Shown: positions 10,354-20,617 of the stretch, one piece after another
Position numbering within the stretch: position 1 is the first letter of the stretch
Layout: each line of letters opens with the position of its first letter
Virus record (IMG/VR): IMGVR_UViG_3300034061_006011
Reading direction: 5' to 3' (one strand)
Length of the DNA: 64,000 nt
From: a virus
Lineage: Duplodnaviria > Caudoviricetes
Position numbers and translations under genes: made by a program
Notes under the pieces: generated by a model
Database searches by the model: none
The model's input: the letters and a program-made list of their open reading frames with translations, nothing else
What the model was told of the DNA's origin: nothing

Positions 10354-11405
10354 TCTTTGTTGTTTCTTAGTTGATCTCTTTCTTGTTTTAAATCAAAATT
10401 AGGAGTTCCTAACCATACATTTAACTTTTCACGATTAGATTCACTGAAAATATCAAAGTTTCTATATTTCAATGTTTCTCTTCTTATAATTTCTAAATGC
10501 TTGTCTGTAATTTTGTTGGAATTAGCTCGCATTTCATACAATTCTCTTCCACATATCAACATTCCATAATTTTCTATAGCAATAAAATTGTCAATTTTCT
10601 TTTTCATCTTAGTCACATCTTCACAATTTTGTTTTTGACAATCTTCTCCAACTTCCCAATTGGTTTTCTCTTTGTAATCTGTATAACTTGTGTGATCCAA
10701 AATATAAAGAAATCCATTTTCATCTAAAGTAAAATTAACTCCTAATTGAACTAGCCTATCACCAAAATCACAATCCTCTAAACTTTTGCAACCATCCATC
10801 TTCTCATTATAGCCATTTATAATCAAAGCATCTTTCAAGCTAAAACTAGTACCAGCAAAAGCCCAACTACCATTTCTATGATTATAAACAGCTTGAGATA
10901 GATTTTTTAACCTGTGATCATTGATGTAAATTTTACCACTTATAGGAAAATTAATTACTCCGTTAGAAGTATTTATGTTTTCCAATCTTTTGTGCATTCC
11001 GAGCATGAAATGCCCATTTTTATAATGATTCCAATATATTTGTAATAAATCATCAGGGAAAAACTCAGCATCATCGCAACTTATTACCAACTCACCATCA
11101 GCATACAATATCCCAGTATTCTTTGCGGCAGAAATATAGACATATCCTTTATCATACCAATATCTATGATTTGGATGTATGGGAACATGCTTGACAATAA
11201 AAGGTAATGTTGGAATAATTTTACTGAATTTTTCTTTGTTATCTTCATAAAATGTATCAACATAAATGAATTCAAATTCCTTTAATGTTTGTCTTTTTAA
11301 ATTTTCAACAACAGAAAAAAAATAACTATCTATTCCTTGACTTTCTAAAAAATTATCACAAGATGCCGTGTGTATTATAAAAGATATTTTGTGTACATAA
11401 TGCAT
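10341..11405 (-). CDS. glycosyltransferase family 2-like
   Basis: AAKNTGI, SCDDAEFF (DxD), GYNEKM...EDCDFGDRL. Confidence 0.8.
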   Translation of the reverse strand: MHYVHKISFIIHTASCDNFLESQGIDSYFFSVVENLKRQTLKEFEFIYVDTFYEDNKEKFSKIIPTLPFIVKHVPIHPNHRYWYDKGYVYISAAKNTGILYADGELVISCDDAEFFPDDLLQIYWNHYKNGHFMLGMHKRLENINTSNGVINFPISGKIYINDHRLKNLSQAVYNHRNGSWAFAGTSFSLKDALIINGYNEKMDGCKSLEDCDFGDRLVQLGVNFTLDENGFLYILDHTSYTDYKEKTNWEVGEDCQKQNCEDVTKMKKKIDNFIAIENYGMLICGRELYEMRANSNKITDKHLEIIRRETLKYRNFDIFSESNREKLNVWLGTPNFDLKQERDQLRNNKEWRW

Positions 11406-11552
11406 AATTAATCCTCACATTAATTTAGTTATAATCACAATAATGATTTAAAATCTTTATTGGGTTTTTTCCAGTTTTTTCTTAGTTCGTTTCTCTCTTG
11501 GTTCAAAAATATATTCTACACATTTTTCCTTCCTATCTTAATATATTAAGCT

Positions 11553-12215
11553 GTGAATCTATTAATTTCAACAATGCCCAGATCAGGCAGTACATTACTA
11601 TTTAATCTCTGCCGAATATTATTTGAAGAAGAATACGGCAAAGATAAGACTTATGCCACTTGGACTCAATTTTTCAAAGAGAATCAACAAAAAAAATATA
11701 ATATTATAAAAAATCATGATAGAGTGCAAAAGCTAATTGATTGGGCTGATTTAATCATCACAAGCGTAAGAGACCCAAGATACGTTATCGCAAGCTATTC
11801 TGATTTTAATCCAAAATTTAATGTCAATTCAGAATCACAAATCAAAAGCGTTTGCTCGTCTTATATAAAAACATTTGAAATCATGAAACCTCTATCAGAT
11901 TATACTTTCAGATATGAAAGCTACTTTAACGACAAAACAAAAATAATAAAAGAAATAATGAATGTTTTAGGAATAAATGAATCAAAAATAGATATAAATA
12001 AAATAATAAAAAATTTAGATGCAATTAAAAATACAAAATACGAAAAGCTTGATCGCACTGTCACACAAATGCATCCAAACCATATAAGCCCTAAAGCAAA
12101 TAAAACAATACATGAAAGATTAACCAAAGAACAAATAAGATTTATTGAATCTAATTTTTCTAAATTTATGCTTGATCATGGATACAAACCAGTCAACTTT
12201 ATAAAAATGTTATGA
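11553..12215 (+). CDS. sulfotransferase-like protein
   Basis: PAPS loop MPRSGSTLL, VRDPR, FRYE motifs. Confidence 0.8.
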   Translation: MNLLISTMPRSGSTLLFNLCRILFEEEYGKDKTYATWTQFFKENQQKKYNIIKNHDRVQKLIDWADLIITSVRDPRYVIASYSDFNPKFNVNSESQIKSVCSSYIKTFEIMKPLSDYTFRYESYFNDKTKIIKEIMNVLGINESKIDINKIIKNLDAIKNTKYEKLDRTVTQMHPNHISPKANKTIHERLTKEQIRFIESNFSKFMLDHGYKPVNFIKML

Positions 12216-12221
12216 GGAAAT

Positions 12222-12821
12222 ATGCATCTCGAAGGAAAAGAATTGTGCGGAAAAAATGTTTATTGTTTTGAAAAAGATAATAAAATTATAATGCATCACT
12301 TCAATAAAAAAGTCGCAGAATTACAATTTAACAATTCAGAAAATGTTACACATATAAAAATATATAAAAAAAGATATGTTAAAAACATTTTGCTATTCAT
12401 TGATCTTAAAAAGAATTTAACATTTGATGACATCATTGGTCTACCTATAGAATTTAAAAATGTTGACCAACTGAAAGAAAGATTGCCCTTAAATAAAATT
12501 CTTTACTACGGAACAATATTAAATTCCTTGACATTGGTAAAATATGCTGTTGACAGAGAAGTAGAAATGGATCATAATACTTTTGTTCATGCGGCGAAAC
12601 ACAGCAAATTTTCTCTGTTGTTTCACTTGAGGAATAATGTTTCATTCCCAGAAGAAGGAATGATTGCAGCTTTAGAGCACAAAAATTATGCAACAATTAA
12701 ATTATTATGTAAGAAAATAAAGTCAGTAGAAAAATATATAGAATTAATTAGCACCAAAGAAGATCACAAAAAAATAAAAGAAATGTTGATCAAAGAGTTG
12801 GCAACAAGATACAAAAGGTGA
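12222..12821 (+). CDS. hypothetical protein with degenerate ankyrin-like helical repeats
   Basis: AAKHSKFSLL / ALEHKNYATIKLL pattern. Confidence 0.45.
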   Translation: MHLEGKELCGKNVYCFEKDNKIIMHHFNKKVAELQFNNSENVTHIKIYKKRYVKNILLFIDLKKNLTFDDIIGLPIEFKNVDQLKERLPLNKILYYGTILNSLTLVKYAVDREVEMDHNTFVHAAKHSKFSLLFHLRNNVSFPEEGMIAALEHKNYATIKLLCKKIKSVEKYIELISTKEDHKKIKEMLIKELATRYKR

Positions 12822-12824
12822 ATC

Positions 12825-13316
12825 ATGAATCTCTTTCTTGAAGTTTCTTTATCAGATCTTTATAACAGCACAGACACTCACTTTCCTGAAAAGATTGTTA
12901 GATCTACTTCAGTTGAAATCGGTGATATTACATTCAACTTTTTACCACCAAGTACACTTCTAATTAGATCTGATGCACACGGAGAAGGCGTTTATCCTCT
13001 CACAATTCTTTTAAATAATGTAAAAAAAGGCAGAACAACAATAGAAACTGTAACCGGACCTGTTAAAATAGCCAAAATTAATCCAAGAAATGGCAATGCA
13101 CAAGTCTTCTGTGGTTGTACCAACTTTGCCTATACATGCAATAGACAAAATGATGCCGTCAATTCACTGTACGATAGTTCCAGAAACTTGCGCCCACCAT
13201 ACATAAAAACCACAAATAGAGCCTTCCTTAATGAAGGCAATCATCCCGGTTTATGCAAACATTTAATTAAATTAGTTCAAGAATTAAAAAACATGGGAGT
13301 ATTAACAAAACTATGA
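12825..13316 (+). CDS. SWIM zinc-finger protein
   Basis: VFCGCTNF...LCKHL. Confidence 0.7.
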   Translation: MNLFLEVSLSDLYNSTDTHFPEKIVRSTSVEIGDITFNFLPPSTLLIRSDAHGEGVYPLTILLNNVKKGRTTIETVTGPVKIAKINPRNGNAQVFCGCTNFAYTCNRQNDAVNSLYDSSRNLRPPYIKTTNRAFLNEGNHPGLCKHLIKLVQELKNMGVLTKL

Positions 13317-13337
13317 TAAATGTAAACAAACCTTATC

Positions 13338-14435
13338 TTACAAATCTACTGAGACCATAGTGTTAAGTAAATCTTGTAGTTTATATTCAGCAATTTTAAC
13401 TACAGAATCATTGTCGCCATAACTTATTATAATTTTATCTTTTTTTCTTACCATTCCAATAGGGAATATACAAGCAATTTCATTTTGTTTTCTAAAAGGC
13501 GTTTCACATGCTGCATCTGCTGGCAAATAAGTTCTATTAGCACATTTTAAAACATTAAATGGAGGCTCACCAGAAAACAAATAAACTCCATTGTCATAGT
13601 GATGTTTGTGACTATGAATCATTGATGTATGAAAAGTGCCAAGATAATTACCATCATCTAATCTAACAGCATTAGTATTTCCTCTCAAATGAGCATCTAT
13701 CTTCCATGGAGATACCCAAGAACTTTCAAAAACTTTCTTGCATTTAAAGTTGTTATCTAATTCATAAATCCCATGAGGACAAACAGAGTTTATAATATAT
13801 ATTTTACCATTATGATCAAAAGGCATCCAATTTTTCTGCCTTGAATTCATATGAGCAGGACTTATTCTAAAAGATGTATCTTCAATAAATTTACCAGAAG
13901 ATCTGTTATCCATTATAACAGTTCCTCTCATGTATTCTGTTTCATACTTGTCGTTTTCAATATAAGAATAAATCATCAACAACTGATTATCTTTAGTCCA
14001 AATTAATCTTGGATCAGCACATTTGTTTATATTAAATTTATGATAAGACTTTTCAACCACCTTGTAATTTTTGTCTAATATACAACCGACAAACTTTAGT
14101 TCATTTGGGCGGTATACACAAACATAATGATCATCATCTAATTCGACTAAACCAGCATTGAATGAACCTTTTTCTGGGATATCAATCTTGATAAATTTTG
14201 CATTTACAGTTGTTAAAAAGTCTTTATCTGGTCTAGGTTTCTCAGGAACAATATTATTTTTATTTCTTCCACCAATAGATTTTACAATTTTTTGTCCACT
14301 GCCTAAAGAAGAAGAAGCTAGTAAATTATTTTTGATTCTACTAGCCATGTCTCCCTCATTTATTATTTTGTTTAAACTGTTAAGATTAATTACAGCAGCT
14401 CTTCTTCTTGATGCTACATCTTTTTTTTTGTCCAT
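13338..14435 (-). CDS. 5-bladed beta-propeller glycosidase-like protein (GH43/GH130 clan-like)
   Basis: FNAGL, CADPRL, QKNWMPF, LRGNT, FPIGM, ISYGDND. Confidence 0.7.
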   Translation of the reverse strand: MDKKKDVASRRRAAVINLNSLNKIINEGDMASRIKNNLLASSSLGSGQKIVKSIGGRNKNNIVPEKPRPDKDFLTTVNAKFIKIDIPEKGSFNAGLVELDDDHYVCVYRPNELKFVGCILDKNYKVVEKSYHKFNINKCADPRLIWTKDNQLLMIYSYIENDKYETEYMRGTVIMDNRSSGKFIEDTSFRISPAHMNSRQKNWMPFDHNGKIYIINSVCPHGIYELDNNFKCKKVFESSWVSPWKIDAHLRGNTNAVRLDDGNYLGTFHTSMIHSHKHHYDNGVYLFSGEPPFNVLKCANRTYLPADAACETPFRKQNEIACIFPIGMVRKKDKIIISYGDNDSVVKIAEYKLQDLLNTMVSVDL

Positions 14436-14532
14436 ATAAACCTATCCTTATACTATAATAGTTATTATATTCAATAGTAATTTTTAGGTTTAACCAATAA
14501 ACATCATAAATTAAAGACGAGCTTTTATAATT

Positions 14533-15348
14533 TTAATCCTCTATTACTTTTCCTCGACAATATTCCAATGATTTTTTTATTTCTTTTTCTATTTTGGTAA
14601 AAGCAATATTAACTGTTTTCTCAACAATATTTTCAGTATGGTTAATAGGAGAATTTTCATTACAAAACTTAGTCAATTTTTTGAAATCAGGACGTTTTAA
14701 TTTACCACCACCATATAAATAAGATACAAAAATTTCATATGCCAATTCGTCGGCATCTTGTACAGTTTTATTTTCCACAGTTGATTTTGCAGATGCAAAA
14801 TTAAACAATAAAGGCAATATTTTGTTTGGTTTAAATTCTACTGAAGGAAATTCATTGTTGTCATAGAATTTATTCACTGTTGTAAAAGGTATTTTGCCAA
14901 ATGTCAGATGTGTAACTAAATTGAAAACAGCCATCTTAATTGTATCTTTAGAAGACGAATTTCCCATTTCAAACACTGCATGACCCATATTGTGCAAAAT
15001 CATCCAAGGAGTTAGTAAATCTCCTTGTGATGATTTCTTAAGAAAAACTATATCCTCTTTTGGAATTTTATCAAAAAAGTATTTTTGAATATCTATGTCA
15101 TCTCTGTTATATTCACCAAAGTATATATGAAAATTAAAGCCTTTGACTCTTGCCAATACTGTGTCTAAAACAGATATTATGCCACCACGAAGCTTGCTAC
15201 GACTACTAATAACAAGCGGTCTTTTATACATGCCAGAAATATATTCAGTATCTTTTTCATTAAGAGATGGCTTAAATTCATCTCCATGTGGCATCGTAAA
15301 GCCACCATGACTCGATAAAGCTTCCAAAAATTGATAAAAACTTTTCAT
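14533..15348 (-). CDS. tagged protein (MKSFYQFLEA) with degenerate zincin motif; paralog of 26550-27713
   Basis: LTPWMILHNMGHAV...ELAYEIF. Confidence 0.65.
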   Translation of the reverse strand: MKSFYQFLEALSSHGGFTMPHGDEFKPSLNEKDTEYISGMYKRPLVISSRSKLRGGIISVLDTVLARVKGFNFHIYFGEYNRDDIDIQKYFFDKIPKEDIVFLKKSSQGDLLTPWMILHNMGHAVFEMGNSSSKDTIKMAVFNLVTHLTFGKIPFTTVNKFYDNNEFPSVEFKPNKILPLLFNFASAKSTVENKTVQDADELAYEIFVSYLYGGGKLKRPDFKKLTKFCNENSPINHTENIVEKTVNIAFTKIEKEIKKSLEYCRGKVIED

Positions 15349-15430
15349 TGTACCTATATAGAAAAACCCCGGCGAAATATTTTAACTTCTCTACTAGCAA
15401 TTTATTTAAAATTATCACTAAATATACACT

Positions 15431-15997
15431 ATGAATACTTTCAAACAATTTCTAGAATCTAGAAACGATGAACTAAGAAAAGCATTAGAAGACATTACAG
15501 CCAATTTCGCTAAATATGGATCGCCAGTTCCTCCACAACCAATCGATACAGATCCAGATCTCCTAAAATGGGAACCAGAACTATTAGAATTTAACCCAGA
15601 ATTAGTTAAATGGACTCACGAACTACTCCATAAACGCAAAGATCAAAACCAAACAGCAAAAGAATTTAAAAAATGGATCGAAATGAGAACCAGAGCTGAA
15701 ATGAGAACCAAAGCATCAGCACCACCTCCTCAACCAAAACCACCATTGCCACCAATAGAAGACTTTATCAAAGAATATAAGCCAAAAAGACATCCCGAAA
15801 AAGACTACGGAGGATATAACGATGGAATGAAATACACTGTAGTATCTACATCAAAATCTGTACCACATGAATTAAGACAACTAATAGCAAGATCACTAGG
15901 AGAAGAATGGTCATACCGTCAAGAAGTTGATAGAAAACCTTCAGATAACAAAAGAAGACACTATTACCTCGTTTATTGCCCAAGCCTAAGCTTGTAA
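15431..15997 (+). CDS. tagged Pro-rich hypothetical protein (MNTFKQFLES)
   Basis: CTAAATA upstream; tag motif. Confidence 0.65.
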   Translation: MNTFKQFLESRNDELRKALEDITANFAKYGSPVPPQPIDTDPDLLKWEPELLEFNPELVKWTHELLHKRKDQNQTAKEFKKWIEMRTRAEMRTKASAPPPQPKPPLPPIEDFIKEYKPKRHPEKDYGGYNDGMKYTVVSTSKSVPHELRQLIARSLGEEWSYRQEVDRKPSDNKRRHYYLVYCPSLSL

Positions 15998-16050
15998 AAT
16001 AAATTGACATAAATACTAATTTATAATATAAAAATAGAGGCAACTATGTC

Positions 16051-16551
16051 ATGATCGAAATCCCTATCACAAAAATCATGCTAGATTATGCAAACCACAA
16101 AGCATACCAACTCGGAAAATTAAAAAACTCAATAACAAAAGGCGAAGGTAATATCGCCGGATTCCTTGGCGAAATAGCAACAAAAATGTATCTAAACATA
16201 CCATATAACAAAGAAGAAAACTCTATACACTACGATATAATACACAACAACATAAGAATAGATGTTAAAACAAAAAGAACCACAACTACTATAAAACCAT
16301 ACTACGAAACCAGTATCGCCAACCTCAATACACTACAAGATTGTGACGATTATCTCTTTACAAGAGTGTATCAACCTACATATTCAAATATGCCAATATC
16401 AGTATTCCTGCTAGGTATCTACCCAAAAGACCTATACTTCGAAAAAGCTAGATTTCTATCCAAAGGAGATATTGACGGAGATAATAACTATATCGTAAAA
16501 AGCGACTGCTGGAATATGACTATTGATGAATTATACAATATTAACTACTAA
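16051..16551 (+). CDS. PD-(D/E)xK restriction-endonuclease-like protein
   Basis: GEIA...YDII...IDVKTK. Confidence 0.65.
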   Translation: MIEIPITKIMLDYANHKAYQLGKLKNSITKGEGNIAGFLGEIATKMYLNIPYNKEENSIHYDIIHNNIRIDVKTKRTTTTIKPYYETSIANLNTLQDCDDYLFTRVYQPTYSNMPISVFLLGIYPKDLYFEKARFLSKGDIDGDNNYIVKSDCWNMTIDELYNINY

Positions 16552-16613
16552 TCATCACACAAATCTTCATTAAAAATTCATCCCATTATGCCCCAAACTT
16601 CCATAAATATTAT

Positions 16614-16775
16614 ATGGAAGAAATTAATCATATAGTGAATCATATCACAACCATGAACCCAGCACTACCTAATTCTCAACAAGAATTAATTAGCACCCTG
16701 TCATTCATTGCTATCGTACCAGCAACCACCATGTTCATCCTCTACGCAATCTATGAAGAATATTTTCACTGCTAA
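16614..16775 (+). CDS. 53-aa small membrane protein, not in ORF track
   Basis: CATAAATA box 5 nt before ATG; C-terminal hydrophobic helix LSFIAIVPATTMFILYAIY. Confidence 0.5.
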   Translation: MEEINHIVNHITTMNPALPNSQQELISTLSFIAIVPATTMFILYAIYEEYFHC

Positions 16776-16787
16776 TCTAAATATACC

Positions 16788-17270
16788 ATGATCACCTTCA
16801 AACAATTTTTAGAAAATAAAGAAGACTTAGAACTACCACCAGAAATGGGAACCGCTCCAATACCAGATGGATGCGTAAGACTCTATCATCAAACAAATCC
16901 AGAAAATGTTCCATCAATTAAACAAAATGGCATAACTAAATCTTTGTCAACAGGAAAATCGCACCACGAACCATCTGTAATCTGGGCTGCAAGAAAACCA
17001 TTCTATAACATCAAATCAGACCTAGCTACTATCGAATTCTTCATCCCAGAAGAACAATTCTCACCACCAAGCTACGTCTTGGTAGACGTAATACCACCAG
17101 AACAAATTATAGGCATACACGAAAGATGGACCGACCTCGCAAGACACCTAATAAAAGATTACCCAGAACCAAATCAATCAAAAATAGACTTCTGGATGTC
17201 TATCGACGATAATTACAAAAAAGCTACCCAATTTTATGTCAACTATATGAAATCAATAGATAAATTGTAA
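16788..17270 (+). CDS. tagged ADP-ribosyltransferase-fold protein (MITFKQFLEN)
   Basis: LYHQT...SIKQNGI...IWAA pattern of ART/Tpt1-like NAD-binding domains. Confidence 0.6.
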   Translation: MITFKQFLENKEDLELPPEMGTAPIPDGCVRLYHQTNPENVPSIKQNGITKSLSTGKSHHEPSVIWAARKPFYNIKSDLATIEFFIPEEQFSPPSYVLVDVIPPEQIIGIHERWTDLARHLIKDYPEPNQSKIDFWMSIDDNYKKATQFYVNYMKSIDKL

Positions 17271-17289
17271 ATATTATCATAAATACAAC

Positions 17290-18603
17290 ATGACCACTTT
17301 CAAACAATGGCTGTTAACCGAAGCAATAATTGACAAAGAAGAATTTATTAAAGAAATTAATTCTACAGAACATTCTTATTTACACTTACAACTGTCCCCT
17401 AATGGAAAAATATTAATTACAAGCCCTCATATTGAAACCAATATAATAAAAATTGGGAAAAAATATAAGTCAATCGAAGCAACAGGATCATTACAACCAT
17501 TATCTAAAAATTTTGCTAATGTAATTAACACAATTAAAAAAATATATCCTGAAATATTAAACTATGTCGTTTCCGAGACAGGAGTTGCAGGATTTAGAAA
17601 TCCTTCAACAAAACATAGAACAGTACAATATTGGCTTGACCAACAAAGAACAGAACCAAAAGTAAATCTACCAAAATATTTTTATCACGGCACCTCTACA
17701 AACTTATATAATATGTTCATCAAAGAACAAGGATTGGTCCCAAGACAAATATCTGGAAGTTCTGGATCTTATGGTGCATCATCAGTCAGAGCCTTATCAA
17801 GAGGAATGTTTAATTATCTTACAATTCATCCTGATTATGCTACAAGAGAAGCAGCTACACAAGCAGCAAAAAATCATGGCGGTCTTCCACTCATATTAAA
17901 AATAAATTCATATGCAATAGATCCAACAAGACTTTTTCCCGATGAAGACGCAAGAGCAGAAACTTGGGAAGAATCCATGCACAAGATAGGAACAGTTGCC
18001 TATAAAGGCATTATCCAAAACTCAAGCATCATGCCATATGAAATTAGCAAAGATATCAATAGATTAAAATGGTTGCCTTATGAAGAAACACCAACAATGA
18101 ATCATCCCACATACGAAAAATTAATTACAACAAAAGAACATAGAAACAAAGATTCCGTATTCTTTGCACTTTATGATAAAGAAATAATTGATAGAAAAGG
18201 TAGCTTACTCAAACCAATAACCAGCGAAGAATTTAACGAAATAATAAAGAATGCAAAATGGGCAACTAATGCATGGTTAATTTGTGAATCAATAAACGAA
18301 GGTATATTGGAAAAGACAAGAAATTCTGTTATCAGCAGAAGTAATTTCGATAAAGAAGCACAAAAAATTGTACTTGATTTGTATAAGCATGATATTTTTG
18401 ATGAATATCTGCAAATGAAAAGCGAATACATTAGAATATATGATTACGCAATACAAGTAATAATAAAATATGCTAAATACCTTGGCAAAAATTCATGGAA
18501 AGAAATAGATCAAAAATTAAGAACTGTTTACTCAAGAAACAATAGAGATCAAAATGACCACTTATATTCCACTGAAGCTAAAGAAATATTAGGAATTAAA
18601 TAG
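17290..18603 (+). CDS. tagged ART-fold (Tpt1/KptA-like) protein (MTTFKQWLLTEA)
   Basis: FYHGTS...IKEQGLVPR...YLT...A..AA...GG.PLILKI. Confidence 0.7.
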   Translation: MTTFKQWLLTEAIIDKEEFIKEINSTEHSYLHLQLSPNGKILITSPHIETNIIKIGKKYKSIEATGSLQPLSKNFANVINTIKKIYPEILNYVVSETGVAGFRNPSTKHRTVQYWLDQQRTEPKVNLPKYFYHGTSTNLYNMFIKEQGLVPRQISGSSGSYGASSVRALSRGMFNYLTIHPDYATREAATQAAKNHGGLPLILKINSYAIDPTRLFPDEDARAETWEESMHKIGTVAYKGIIQNSSIMPYEISKDINRLKWLPYEETPTMNHPTYEKLITTKEHRNKDSVFFALYDKEIIDRKGSLLKPITSEEFNEIIKNAKWATNAWLICESINEGILEKTRNSVISRSNFDKEAQKIVLDLYKHDIFDEYLQMKSEYIRIYDYAIQVIIKYAKYLGKNSWKEIDQKLRTVYSRNNRDQNDHLYSTEAKEILGIK

Positions 18604-18715
18604 AAAGATTACCCGCAACTCCCGAAGAAGCAAGTATGTGGAAACTCAAAACTCTTAACCACCCATTCCATTTCAAATTCATTTCAGAAAATCCACAAGT
18701 AATCATAAATAATAC

Positions 18716-19867
18716 ATGACTAATTTTAAACAATGGCTACTTACAGAAGAAATTGACCGTAATGGCAAAACGGCAATAGTTTATCATAGAACCGACGAAA
18801 TTGAAAATGCACTTTCAATACTCCAATATGGATCTAAATCCGATTTTGATAAAGACCATCCTATGTTATCCGATTTTGATAAAGACAATCAACCGGGGCA
18901 GATGTTCTTCGTCTTTGATCTTGAAAGCACTATGGGAAAGGCAGAAACTTACGGAAATGCTATAATAAAATTCAAAGTCACTGATCTTGATAAATATCTT
19001 GTATTCCATACAAATATGGCTAAAAGAATTCATGGAGAGAATTACAAATTAAGTGATCAACTTAGAGAATTCAAAATTTCACAAAAATTCACACAAAATT
19101 ATCTTGATGATATAGACGAAAAACTAGTCACAAATCAATATAACCACATCACTGACGTTTATTCTTTTTTAATTGAAAACGAATGGATAAAAAGTAAAAT
19201 AAAAGGCGTTATTTATTGGGGATATGATGATGGATATTGCTTGCTTAAATTCCGTCCAGTAAATGACGGAACAATTACTATGATCGGATATGCAACCGAC
19301 CCACACAAAAATTATGAAAAAGATGGGATAATAAAAAGCAAAAATAGAATGAAAGATTTAGAAAAATCTCAAAATTGGACAACATCAACAGATATAGCCA
19401 AATTAAAATCTATTGATAAAACCCCATACGGACAAAGAGAAAAATATATTAAAATAAAAGAAAAAAATCCAACTGTCTTGGAAATAATCAAAAAACTAAA
19501 ACTAGAGAAAAATATTGAAAAAGATGAATTATTAAAAATAATGAATTCTGTTAAAAATAAAAACGCATTTGCAAAAATAATTATACAAAATAAAAAAGAA
19601 TTAACAGTTGATGATATTTCATTGTTAATGAAATATTCAACAGACTCATGGGAAATTTGTTCATTTATACTTAAGAATAGACCAGAATTGTCTGATTTTA
19701 TTTCTAGAGCTATGTTTCCTAAAACCTACAGACCAATGGACACTCAAACCAGCAAGGTATGGTCTGATTATACATCAGATCCAGACAGAAGACCAATAGA
19801 CACTAAAACCGGCGAAAGACCAGAATTGTCTGATTTTATTTCTAGAGCTATGCGTTCCCGTAAATAA
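18716..19867 (+). CDS. tagged PARP-like ART protein, paralog of 22638-23720 (MTNFKQWLLTEE)
   Basis: VYHRT; shares VTDLDKYLVFH.NMAK.IHG.NYK.SDQL with its paralog. Confidence 0.65.
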   Translation: MTNFKQWLLTEEIDRNGKTAIVYHRTDEIENALSILQYGSKSDFDKDHPMLSDFDKDNQPGQMFFVFDLESTMGKAETYGNAIIKFKVTDLDKYLVFHTNMAKRIHGENYKLSDQLREFKISQKFTQNYLDDIDEKLVTNQYNHITDVYSFLIENEWIKSKIKGVIYWGYDDGYCLLKFRPVNDGTITMIGYATDPHKNYEKDGIIKSKNRMKDLEKSQNWTTSTDIAKLKSIDKTPYGQREKYIKIKEKNPTVLEIIKKLKLEKNIEKDELLKIMNSVKNKNAFAKIIIQNKKELTVDDISLLMKYSTDSWEICSFILKNRPELSDFISRAMFPKTYRPMDTQTSKVWSDYTSDPDRRPIDTKTGERPELSDFISRAMRSRK

Positions 19868-19910
19868 AATTTATTTAACAATTAATTAAATATACACCAA
19901 TAAATACAAC

Positions 19911-20561
19911 ATGATCAACTTTTATCAATTCCTTGAATTTGCTAGAGAAATCATCCCAATAGGTACTGTTACTGACCCAAATGTCAGAAAATCGCTGGCA
20001 GGAAGAAGAATTAATTCCGCTGATGCGAAAAAATATTTGGATCAAGGTTTCGTTTATGTCTATAGATTTGAAGGATTCGCACCACGTCTCAGGAAGTATT
20101 CAAGAGGAGTTTGGTATTTTATAGGAGATGAAAATGATACTAAACTTGATCTGGGCAAATGCTTATTAGCATGGAATAAAGTACATGCACTTCACCTATT
20201 AGGATTTCCCAACAATTATATATTGTTTTATATTAATCCTGCAAATTTTTTACGACTTGCTGCTGACCAAAATTTAAACAATAGATATATAAATCAAGTA
20301 ATAAAATCACACTTTAATGAAAATGGACCTACCAAAGATTTCAATTCTTATGATAAATTAGATTTTCCCATGACTGGTATCGCAAAAAGTCAGGGATATG
20401 ATACTATCATGTTAGTTGCAGAAGGTGATTCCAAATCAGCAGAATTAATCGATCTTAGAACAGAAGTAACTCCTAAATCATTAGAAGATTATTTAAAAGA
20501 AATAGATGTAGATGAAGTTATGAAAGATTTAAAGAAAAAAAAGGGGAAAAAATCTACATGA
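19911..20561 (+). CDS. tagged protein, possible ART fold (MINFYQFLEF)
   Basis: VYVYRF start strand and GYDTI...E-LI end typical of ART-like domains; weak. Confidence 0.45.
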   Translation: MINFYQFLEFAREIIPIGTVTDPNVRKSLAGRRINSADAKKYLDQGFVYVYRFEGFAPRLRKYSRGVWYFIGDENDTKLDLGKCLLAWNKVHALHLLGFPNNYILFYINPANFLRLAADQNLNNRYINQVIKSHFNENGPTKDFNSYDKLDFPMTGIAKSQGYDTIMLVAEGDSKSAELIDLRTEVTPKSLEDYLKEIDVDEVMKDLKKKKGKKST

Positions 20562-20617
20562 TCACTTTCAAATAATCACCGTAACAACTCCAGTTAATTC
20601 TAATAAAATTAATATAA

